41,222 bases of DNA from a virus. Its lineage: Duplodnaviria > Caudoviricetes. Each line of letters begins with the position of its first letter. Within the stretch, counting starts at the first letter, position 1. The notes under the pieces are model-generated. The model saw nothing but the letters and a program-made list of their open reading frames with translations, was not told the DNA's origin and made no database searches. The DNA lies in the IMG/VR virus record IMGVR_UViG_3300048599_000905, positions 1-41,222 of that record; one strand, written 5' to 3'. A program made the translations under genes and the position numbers. Shown piece after piece: positions 16,105-23,747 of the stretch.

Positions 16105-17082
16105 ATGCGGTTTCTCTTTGCCGGCCTCTACTTCGACGACATTGGAAGAAATCACGAATTAACTCAGGAAATTTACAAAGAACTATTCGGCAAAGCGACC
16201 TGCCCGAAGTCAGCCGATGGAATTGCGACAATTCACCGTCTGGTGATGACGTCCATGAACAACTTGCTATGGGCTACTACTCAGATTGTGGCGTGCTGCA
16301 CGAACTTGCACGACAGGCTTCACGGTGATGATCCTGAAGCGGAATTCGCGGACGTCGACGAAGCCTGCCTCTCCTTCGCGGAGGCGTGCAGCCACTCATT
16401 TAGATCGCATCATGCTCTGGACTATCAGCGTGAGCTTTGGTTTTCGGCAGGGTTCCTAGAAATGGGTCGGTCGATTGACCTTTCGCGAAGTTATCGTGAA
16501 GTCCTATTTCCAGACGGCCATGATGGCGTAGTCATTGCCTATCATCGCGAGGCGCTGACTTGGTGCGAGGACATTCGACGCCGCATCAGCCTAGCAGTAC
16601 CACATGACCGATTTGGAGGTCCGGAGGTCGCTGATGCGACCATTGAAACAATGCGGGATAACCTACTATCGCGGTCGGTAGATCGCGAGCGGCTAGCAAA
16701 ACTTGTAACCAACGAAACCATGTCGGCAATTGCGCAATTAGCATCGCTGATGCGAATGGAGTTCGTGCAAACCATTCGACAACTTGAGTCGCTACCAGAA
16801 CTTTCAACCGATGTTGCTGCTGCACTCTCTGAACGGCCTTCCCAAGGCTCGCCGGTAACGATCACAAATGACTTGCTAACAGAATCGCATCGAACGCTTC
16901 TCCGTTTGGTTCGAGAATCAGGACGCAGGATGACGACTGAAGAGGTTCTCCAAGCTCTGAATACCGCTGGGGTTGTGATGGGGGACAGCACGGCCAAATT
17001 TCGCTTGGCTGACCTCACACGATGGAAGTTACTAGTCAACCACCGCAGAGGAGAAAATCCCGGCTACGCACTTCCTGAGTAA
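16105..17082 (+). CDS. hypothetical protein with C-terminal winged HTH
   Basis: RRMTTEEVLQAL...STAKFRLADLTRWKLLVN...GY; lower GC. Confidence 0.7.
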   Translation: MRFLFAGLYFDDIGRNHELTQEIYKELFGKATCPKSADGIATIHRLVMTSMNNLLWATTQIVACCTNLHDRLHGDDPEAEFADVDEACLSFAEACSHSFRSHHALDYQRELWFSAGFLEMGRSIDLSRSYREVLFPDGHDGVVIAYHREALTWCEDIRRRISLAVPHDRFGGPEVADATIETMRDNLLSRSVDRERLAKLVTNETMSAIAQLASLMRMEFVQTIRQLESLPELSTDVAAALSERPSQGSPVTITNDLLTESHRTLLRLVRESGRRMTTEEVLQALNTAGVVMGDSTAKFRLADLTRWKLLVNHRRGENPGYALPE

Positions 17083-17093
17083 CGGCCTCGGTA

Positions 17094-17126
17094 GGTATAG
17101 ACCAAGTATAAACCTGGTATGTACTG
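17094..17126 (+). repeat. three imperfect 11-bp tandem repeats (regulator binding sites)
   Basis: GGTATAGACCA / AGTATAAACCT / GGTATGTACTG upstream of xis-like genes. Confidence 0.55.
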
Positions 17127-17197
17127 ACAGATTTTTTTCTTCTGCTCAAATCCCATCCGTAGTTGGTTACACACAACACGCGAATGGGGTTGCGATA

Positions 17198-17428
17198 ATG
17201 AATGCGTCAGACACGCTTTCGACCGGCGATTGTGCCATAGAAATCAGTCGCCAAGTTGGCCAAGTCATTTTGGCTTGGCGAGTAGCTCGGCTCTTCGAGC
17301 TTCGCATTGTTCCCGAGGTAAGCCGAATCGCTGGACGGCGAGCGATTCCCCGAGCACTGGTCCCTGAACTTATCGCCGCAATGCGTGAGCGTGGTTGGCT
17401 TCCTGCCGAGGAACCGGCCAATGTCTAG
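17198..17428 (+). CDS. small DNA-binding (MerR/AlpA-like) protein
   Basis: LSTGDCA...WRVARLFE...PEVSRIAGRRAIP. Confidence 0.65.
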   Translation: MNASDTLSTGDCAIEISRQVGQVILAWRVARLFELRIVPEVSRIAGRRAIPRALVPELIAAMRERGWLPAEEPANV

Positions 17429-17684
17429 CCTCACCTACTCTCCGGCAGAGATCGCCCAGCGATACCACGTCGACCACAGCAAGGTTCTGGCGTGGATCGA
17501 CCGCGGCGAACTCCGCGCGGTCAATGTGGCCAACGCCGGCACACGTCTCCCTCGCTGGCGGATCACGGCCGAGTCGCTCGATGAGTTCGAGCGCAATCGT
17601 TCCAGCGTTCAGCAACCGAAGCCAACCGCGCAGAAGTCACGACGCCGTAAGGCCGTGGCCGCGATCGAGCGGCGGTACTACTAG
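17421..17684 (+). CDS. excisionase-like HTH_17 protein
   Basis: YSPAEIAQRYHVDHSKVLAWIDRGELRAVNV...RWRITAESLDEF. Confidence 0.85.
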   Translation: MSSLTYSPAEIAQRYHVDHSKVLAWIDRGELRAVNVANAGTRLPRWRITAESLDEFERNRSSVQQPKPTAQKSRRRKAVAAIERRYY

Positions 17685-17698
17685 GCCGGAGCCTGTCT

Positions 17699-17947
17699 GT
17701 GTCACCACCTGAATTCAACGACTGGACGGAAGTCGGGGCCTCGATCATTGAGGGCCTTAAGCACCCTGTTGGGACCGCCATGCACGATGTCGCCTTTCAG
17801 CGGCTCAAGCGAATGGCGTGGATTTGCAATTACCACCTCTGCCTGGAGGATGCCGGTGCGACATGTGCCGAATCGTCGCTTATGCCAGGCCGAATAGAAC
17901 ACTTCAAATGCGCGGGTGGCGTGGCCAAACCGCAACGCGTGGGATAA
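17699..17947 (+). CDS. hypothetical protein
   Basis: GGAG SD + GTG start. Confidence 0.5.
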   Translation: MSPPEFNDWTEVGASIIEGLKHPVGTAMHDVAFQRLKRMAWICNYHLCLEDAGATCAESSLMPGRIEHFKCAGGVAKPQRVG

Positions 17948-18377
17948 GGCCACCCAAAAGCATACGGCTGCAGAACTTATGAAAACCACCATATCTATGG
18001 CAGTGGCCAACTTCGGCTTGGCGCCAGACACCCGCCAGCTACACGCCATTCGGCTGATTCAGAGAGCCGTCGACTTAGCCGCGGCCCTACTCAATCAGCG
18101 CGACGAACGCGCATTGTCCTTAATCGTTTCGACCCGCGCGCAGCTTGAGTTCCTCGGTGGAAAGCTCGTGTCACTGCCGCCGCCGGGCACCGCTGGAAAT
18201 GTGATAAACGTGGCCGAAAAGCAGCATCTTTCCCCTGGCGGGCAACACCAATCCGGGGAGGTTGAGAGAGAAGCGTTTGGCGACCTGATGGAGTATTGCA
18301 TCGCCGTCGAAACCGCTGGGAATGCGCTTCGGATCCACGAAAGCCGGAGAGAAATGGAGGCTTCACCCATTGGGTGA
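17916..18377 (+). CDS. hypothetical protein
   Basis: 153-aa ORF; start uncertain. Confidence 0.5.
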   Translation: MAWPNRNAWDKATQKHTAAELMKTTISMAVANFGLAPDTRQLHAIRLIQRAVDLAAALLNQRDERALSLIVSTRAQLEFLGGKLVSLPPPGTAGNVINVAEKQHLSPGGQHQSGEVEREAFGDLMEYCIAVETAGNALRIHESRREMEASPIG

Positions 18378-18492
18378 ACGGGTGAATTGTCCGTTTGTTT
18401 GTGAGCGAGGAACGTTCCATCGCTCGATTTTTCCGTCTGTCGTTGCGTGGTTCGGGCTGGCGACCGGCGATGAATAAGGGAGTATCGCGCTA

Positions 18493-18729
18493 ATGATTTC
18501 TGCCAGTGTGCCTGAACCATGGCGACCGCCACAACCGTCGCATAACCAGCCTGGGAGACTCGATCAACAGTTCGAGTGTCTCGGCCTATTTCTCTCGAAC
18601 CCGTTTCGGCAAATTGACCGAAACGCTGCCTGGAGCATCGCCAGGCGTCTTGTTTTGCCGCATGCGCGAGCAATTCGGCCCGCGATTGGAAAGGATGCCG
18701 CACGTGCGAGCCTACCCCAAACGCGATAG
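18493..18729 (+). CDS. hypothetical protein
   Basis: AAGGGAG SD; end overlaps start of initiator gene. Confidence 0.4.
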   Translation: MISASVPEPWRPPQPSHNQPGRLDQQFECLGLFLSNPFRQIDRNAAWSIARRLVLPHARAIRPAIGKDAARASLPQTR

Positions 18730-19642
18730 CCATTTCGCCCACCGATTTTGCCGCGTTCTGCACAAGTCGTGCGCGGCACAAGATATCGGCCGTGATGCCT
18801 GCTACCTACTTACCGTGATCGCGCACACGGAAGATGCTGCGCGGTATTCCGGAGCTGTCAGGTACTGGAACACTCAGCTTGAGCAGACGATGGGCTTCAC
18901 GTCTCCAAAGCAGCTGAACAATGCCCGACGAGTCGCCATGGAAGCTGGTTGGCTGGTGTACGAACGGGAGCATGATCGGGGAGTCGGTCACTATTTCGTG
19001 ACCATCCCAGCACGATATTTGTCGCTTTCCGACAGCCCAATTGAGGGGGAAGAAACCACTGTTTCCCTTTCCCCTGGGGGAAATGATGTTGCCAACTTCA
19101 CTTCCCCAGACGGAAAGGAAAGCGGAAAGGGAACGTCAAATTCAGCCATTTCCCTTTCCCCTGGGGGAATGGATTGCGGAAAGGATTGCGGAAAGGAAAG
19201 CGGAAAGCCTTCTATCCCTATCCCTATACCTAATACTTATTGCAACGAGCCGGCCAAGCCGGCGTCGTCGCCGACCTCCGATCCGAAGTTATCGAAGGCG
19301 AAGAAACCGAAGCGAGATTTGGAGTCGATCGAGTTTCCAAATTTCCCGGTTGTCGGTACCGGTGATCCGTTGTGGGTGCTCACCGAAAAGTACATCGGCG
19401 AACTTTCCGACCTCTACCCCGGCGTCGATGTTCGTCTTCAAGCCCGTGCTGCTCTGCGCTGGTGCAAGAACAACCCGACCAAGATCAAAACGCTTGAGGG
19501 CATGCCCAGGTTTATCAACGCCTGGATGAGGCGCGAACAGGACCGATGTTGCACGCGAGGTGCAAACTCGCCGCCACCGATTCACCAGCCGCGAGAAATC
19601 ACTAGGCCCATCAAGCGGCCATCCTCACTCACTCACACTTAG
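18695..19642 (+). CDS. putative phage replication initiator
   Basis: N-terminal wHTH-like domain, iteron-encoded linker, C-terminal domain ending PRFINAW; directly upstream of dnaB; GGAAAGG SD before ATG 18695. Confidence 0.75.
   Translation: MPHVRAYPKRDSHFAHRFCRVLHKSCAAQDIGRDACYLLTVIAHTEDAARYSGAVRYWNTQLEQTMGFTSPKQLNNARRVAMEAGWLVYEREHDRGVGHYFVTIPARYLSLSDSPIEGEETTVSLSPGGNDVANFTSPDGKESGKGTSNSAISLSPGGMDCGKDCGKESGKPSIPIPIPNTYCNEPAKPASSPTSDPKLSKAKKPKRDLESIEFPNFPVVGTGDPLWVLTEKYIGELSDLYPGVDVRLQARAALRWCKNNPTKIKTLEGMPRFINAWMRREQDRCCTRGANSPPPIHQPREITRPIKRPSSLTHT
19062..19208. repeat. iteron cluster (probable origin) in initiator gene
   Basis: TTTCCCTTTCCCCTGGGGGAA x2 and CGGAAAG x5. Confidence 0.75.
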
Positions 19643-19653
19643 GAACCTGCACA

Positions 19654-20964
19654 GTGATCGTCGACCGAAAACCACCCCATGACCCGCAAGCCGAGCTTGG
19701 CACGCTTGGTAGCTTCTTCGTTGCAACACCATCGATTGCCCGAACGGTTCTGCCCGAAGTGGCAGCGAGACTCGATGAATCAGATTTTTTTGACGACGCC
19801 AATGCCGCAATCTGGGGGCAAATCAAAACCTTCGTCGCGAACAAAAGACCGCTCGATCCAATCATGTTCGTGGAAGCGATGAAAACTGCGGGGACTTACG
19901 AAAAAGCGGGTGGTGCTGCCTACCTGTCGCAAGTGATAAACGCGGTTCCAAACTCGGCTCACGTGACGTACTACGCCGATATCGTCGCCGAGAAGTCATT
20001 CGCGCGCCGAGTCATCACCGAGGCAACCAAGCTACTCACCGCTGCCTATGACGAAACGCAGAATTCCAGCGACCTGGCGACGCACTTTGAAACCAGCCTG
20101 AATCGGTTGACCGCGAATCGTAGCGGAATCGAGTTGCCCGTAGCCATTGGCGAATCGCTTCGAAACTTGGTGGCAGAACTGCGAAGGCCACTCGCGGCAA
20201 AACAGGAATGTCGCGCGTCATTCGGGATTCAGAAGGTCGACGAGATCGTGGGTGCAATCCACGGTGGTGAAACGTGCATCATCGCCGCCCGTCCAGGCAT
20301 GGGCAAAACAGCCTTTGTCACGTCCCCGCTGAGGTTTGCAGCGCAGCACAACAGACCGTCGCTGCTGATCTCGCTGGAAATGGAGAACCGAGAGATTGCC
20401 GGTCGTGAAGCCTCTCGTGGAACCGGCATCGACAACCACTTTATTCGCAGCGGCGACTTGGATGACATCGACCTGACCGCACTGGAAAACTTCGCCGCGG
20501 CTGAAAGCAGCACGCCGTTTTACACGTGGTCAACCACCGCGACGCTAGCCCAGATCAGGGCAATGCTGATTCAGGCGAAGAATAAGCTCGGAATCACCGT
20601 TGCCGCGATCGACTACATCGGATTGATCAAAGAGCCTCCGAACTTTCGAGGCCAGAGACGCGACCATCTTGCCGAGGTTTCGCGCGGTTTGAAGCGGCTG
20701 GCAAAGGAACTTGGCATTCCCCTGTTCATTCTGGCGCAACTGAATCGGGAAAAGGAACGCCCAAACCTGACCATGCTCGCGGAATGCGGAGCGATCGAAC
20801 AGGACGCAGACAGCGTGATCATGTTGCACGCCGCCGAAACGAGCGATCCGACCCGTGAAGTCATCGTGGCGAAGTTCCGGGCGGGTCAGACCGGCAAGTT
20901 CGAAATCGGCTGGGATGGAAAGCGGTTCAACTTCACCGATCCAGACAACTCGTGGCAGCCATAG
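19654..20964 (+). CDS. dnaB: replicative DNA helicase
   Basis: PPHD..AE...LG N-domain; AARPGMGKT, SLEM, IDYIGL, LAQLNRE, GAIEQDAD, VAKFR.G.TG. Confidence 0.95.
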   Translation: MIVDRKPPHDPQAELGTLGSFFVATPSIARTVLPEVAARLDESDFFDDANAAIWGQIKTFVANKRPLDPIMFVEAMKTAGTYEKAGGAAYLSQVINAVPNSAHVTYYADIVAEKSFARRVITEATKLLTAAYDETQNSSDLATHFETSLNRLTANRSGIELPVAIGESLRNLVAELRRPLAAKQECRASFGIQKVDEIVGAIHGGETCIIAARPGMGKTAFVTSPLRFAAQHNRPSLLISLEMENREIAGREASRGTGIDNHFIRSGDLDDIDLTALENFAAAESSTPFYTWSTTATLAQIRAMLIQAKNKLGITVAAIDYIGLIKEPPNFRGQRRDHLAEVSRGLKRLAKELGIPLFILAQLNREKERPNLTMLAECGAIEQDADSVIMLHAAETSDPTREVIVAKFRAGQTGKFEIGWDGKRFNFTDPDNSWQP

Positions 20965-20974
20965 GAAGCAAAGC

Positions 20975-21241
20975 ATGGATCCGAAGGGAACATTCCGACT
21001 GCTCCTGCGAGCCCAACCACATCACAGGGACGAGAGCGGGGCGCTACGGATGAGGCACTTGCTCAAGGTGCTGCTCAGGCAGTTTGGGTTCAGGTGCCTG
21101 CGTTTCGAGGCCCTGACGCCCGAAGATCGCCGGCTGGCCGGTGATGCCCCGAAAACCAGTCCAGAAGGTGCTGGGAGCCCGCCAAAAGGTACTCCTGAGG
21201 GGGGCGAAGCCCGAGATTGTTTACCGCCAGCGAGCGGCTAA
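20975..21241 (+). CDS. hypothetical protein
   Basis: AGGA SD; LRMRHLLKVLLRQFGFRC. Confidence 0.6.
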   Translation: MDPKGTFRLLLRAQPHHRDESGALRMRHLLKVLLRQFGFRCLRFEALTPEDRRLAGDAPKTSPEGAGSPPKGTPEGGEARDCLPPASG

Positions 21242-21333
21242 TAGACAGAGTCCGTCGATTGCCAGCGACTGCGTAACACAACCTGCCTTTGGACTTTATG
21301 ACAAAGTCATAAACCTGAACGAATCGTGACCGA

Positions 21334-21552
21334 ATGAACGACAAACCAACCAAACGCGTGAAGTGGAATCTGCGGCCGGGCCGAACAACCTCGCTGCACT
21401 TGCCCAGCGGTGGGTCAATCACGTTCCACGCGGTCGACGGCGCTTTCGACCAGTTGGCCGCCGACGTGCCCCAAGATGCCGTAGTCACACACCGGACCGC
21501 GACGAAGGAAGCCAATGCCGAAGAAGTCCAGCACCAAGCAGCGAACCCCTAG
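21334..21552 (+). CDS. hypothetical protein, weakly CsrA-like
   Basis: Beta-rich pattern LRPGRT...GGSITFHAVDG...LAADVPQDAVVTHR. Confidence 0.5.
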   Translation: MNDKPTKRVKWNLRPGRTTSLHLPSGGSITFHAVDGAFDQLAADVPQDAVVTHRTATKEANAEEVQHQAANP

Positions 21553-21730
21553 ACCCCCGCGGCCGGAGATCCTCGATCGACTGCCAACCGATCCGACCCC
21601 CAGGGAAATCCGACATTACTGCGAGCAAATTCAGAAGACTTGGACGGCCAGCGAACTCAGGAAACGCTTGGGGCGAACGCAGAAATTGCCCAAGCCTGAC
21701 TCGCTAATTGGGTTGAGTGTGAACGAGTAA
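21515..21730 (+). CDS. hypothetical protein
   Basis: AAGGA SD; DPTPREIRHYCEQIQKTWT. Confidence 0.6.
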   Translation: MPKKSSTKQRTPRPPRPEILDRLPTDPTPREIRHYCEQIQKTWTASELRKRLGRTQKLPKPDSLIGLSVNE

Positions 21731-21817
21731 TGCGGCCAGTATATTGACAACAGACGATTTTGCGGATGAGAATCAAGCCGTTATTGGTACCCTTAGATCC
21801 TCACACCGAGATGAATC

Positions 21818-22180
21818 ATGCCAGCGGGAATTGTTCGCGTTGAAGGCTTGGGAAAAGGCACAAGCGAAGTATCGGGCCATATTCTAACCGGTGGCGACAA
21901 CCCACCATTTATCACCCTCAACTCGAACTCTGGTTACCCTCGTGTCCGAGACATTTATGCACGAGCCACAAAGGTAGACTCTGGCACCGGCGGTCGGCTC
22001 AAAGTGGTTGCGTTCCATATTCGCTTTGAATCAACTATTTCCAATTCGGCTCGCGCAATTGCGTTCAATGTTTTCCAAGAAGATGCGCACGAATTCACTT
22101 ATCCCTTCATAGCGGGCAAGAAGTCTGACGCTACGAAGAAGCCAGCCAAAAAGGCCGCAAAGTCAGCGAAGCCGCAGTAA
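21818..22180 (+). CDS. moron-like hypothetical protein
   Basis: Lower GC, upstream TTGACA-18-GAGAAT (21744-21773), Lys/Ala-rich tail. Confidence 0.6.
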   Translation: MPAGIVRVEGLGKGTSEVSGHILTGGDNPPFITLNSNSGYPRVRDIYARATKVDSGTGGRLKVVAFHIRFESTISNSARAIAFNVFQEDAHEFTYPFIAGKKSDATKKPAKKAAKSAKPQ

Positions 22181-22209
22181 GATCATCAAGCGTCTTATGT
22201 CTCAAGCGT

Positions 22210-22238
22210 TTGACTAATCCCTGCTGATTTCCTAAGAT
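22210..22238 (+). promoter_or_regulatory. sigma70 promoter
   Basis: TTGACT-17-TAAGAT. Confidence 0.75.
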
Positions 22239-22244
22239 CGAAGC

Positions 22245-22680
22245 AGGTGCGAGTAATCGCCCTCCCGTGGCTCGTGTATGCGTCTGCGGGTTATTTGCAA
22301 GCCCCGCTCTGCTGCTCGTGTATGCGTCAGCACAGCGAAACGATAAGCGTTTCGTCGTGCATTCTTTTCGAGCCAATCCCGTTCATTGCTGTGCAGGCCA
22401 GTTGCTTCGGCAATTGGTTGCGAGTGCGGGCCACTCGCGTGCGCGGCGTAGCCAGGTCAGTTACGCATCACGCTCTGGCGACTGTCAGGCGTGATCTGAC
22501 TTGGCACTTCCTGCGACCCGTTCGGCGCCATCGGACACCCGAAGCGCCGGCGGGCTCGCGGGCTATTTCTCGCCATCGTTGAAAGAAGCGGCCGGCCGAC
22601 AGTGAATCAGACTGCCGACCGACCTTGACCGACAACGGAGTAAGCCGTTGCCGACCCACGAAAACGTAGGTCAGGCAACA
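22245..22680 (+). ncRNA. large structured RNA / leader upstream of packaging operon
   Basis: About 10 helices, GNRA and C(UUCG)G tetraloops, many G.U pairs on the plus strand, two identical 13-nt loops. Confidence 0.75.
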
Positions 22681-22720
22681 TGCCACGCAACCCAAAACAC
22701 CACCGGCACGACCGGCACAA

Positions 22721-23395
22721 ATGCTACCAGCCCGCCGAAATACGATCCTTGCCGCGGACGTCGCACCCGAGGCCGACTTGGTCGACTTCGCGTCGCCGGC
22801 AGTACATCGTCGCCAACTCTCTGCCAATCGGCGCGAAGTGCGGGATATGCGGCGGACCAAAACGGCTGCCGAAGCGATCGGGCCGATTACCCGCGACGTC
22901 GAAATCTACGGGTTTACGAAGGGCCAATTCAGCATCATCGACATCCTGCATCACTGCCTCGACATCATCGGGCCTAGTGCTCACTTGCAGATCAGCACGT
23001 GGACCGCGGCGAACGCGGATATCTCCACCGTGCTCGAACTCTGCAACTGCGGCAAGGTGGCCAGCGCGCGATGGCTGGTCGACCTCACCTTCAATCGTCG
23101 ATCGCCAGAGCTCGCCCAACGGATCCGCGACGTCTTCGGGGACGATGCGATCCGAGTGGCGAAGAACCACGCGAAGTTCGTTTTGTTGTCGGTCGCCGAC
23201 TGGCGGCTTGTTGTTCGGACGTCGATGAATCTGAACTTCAACCCGCGCTTCGAGAACTTCCAACTTGCCCACGATCCGGAACTCTGGAGCTTTCACGACG
23301 CAATCTTGAGCGAGATTTGGAACCGTCAGAAGCGCAGCGACCAGGACTTGCTGCGACCCTATGACTTGCACCGACAGTTTGACGCCGACTTGTGA
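22721..23395 (+). CDS. phospholipase D-like (HKD nuclease-fold) protein
   Basis: KNHAKFVLL...VVRTSMNLN.NPRFE = single HxK...SxN motif. Confidence 0.7.
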   Translation: MLPARRNTILAADVAPEADLVDFASPAVHRRQLSANRREVRDMRRTKTAAEAIGPITRDVEIYGFTKGQFSIIDILHHCLDIIGPSAHLQISTWTAANADISTVLELCNCGKVASARWLVDLTFNRRSPELAQRIRDVFGDDAIRVAKNHAKFVLLSVADWRLVVRTSMNLNFNPRFENFQLAHDPELWSFHDAILSEIWNRQKRSDQDLLRPYDLHRQFDADL

Positions 23396-23747
23396 CGAAC
23401 CAGGCGGCATTCCCCCCGTTGATGAAGTGGTTGGCTGGCTCATCGAGGGACACCGAGACGCGGACATCCGCGGCGCAATCAAGGAGAAATGGCCAGAACT
23501 CGACGCAGTGACTCTGCAGAACGCGGCAGTCGAACACTTCCGCCGGGCAGCGAACTGCGAACCAGCTGTGATCGTCGGCTTCGCCCTTGAGGCGTACCGC
23601 GATCTATACCGCCGCATGATGAAGATTGGCGACTTCGCGGGGGCGACGAAAGCGGTCAAAGAGTTGGTCGCACTGACCAACCATGTTCAGCGCATCCGGA
23701 CAGGCAACCCCGGAAGGTCAACCGACTCGCCCGAACAAGAAGGTTGA
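23361..23747 (+). CDS. putative terminase small subunit
   Basis: Small helical protein directly before terL; start uncertain (GTG ~23392 possible). Confidence 0.5.
   Translation: MTCTDSLTPTCDEPGGIPPVDEVVGWLIEGHRDADIRGAIKEKWPELDAVTLQNAAVEHFRRAANCEPAVIVGFALEAYRDLYRRMMKIGDFAGATKAVKELVALTNHVQRIRTGNPGRSTDSPEQEG

Noticed and set aside
22247-22977. Short ORFs across the structured RNA region (22247-22582, 22267-22494, 22648-22977)
   Set aside because: No clear SD or protein-like composition; dense helices with tetraloops fit RNA better
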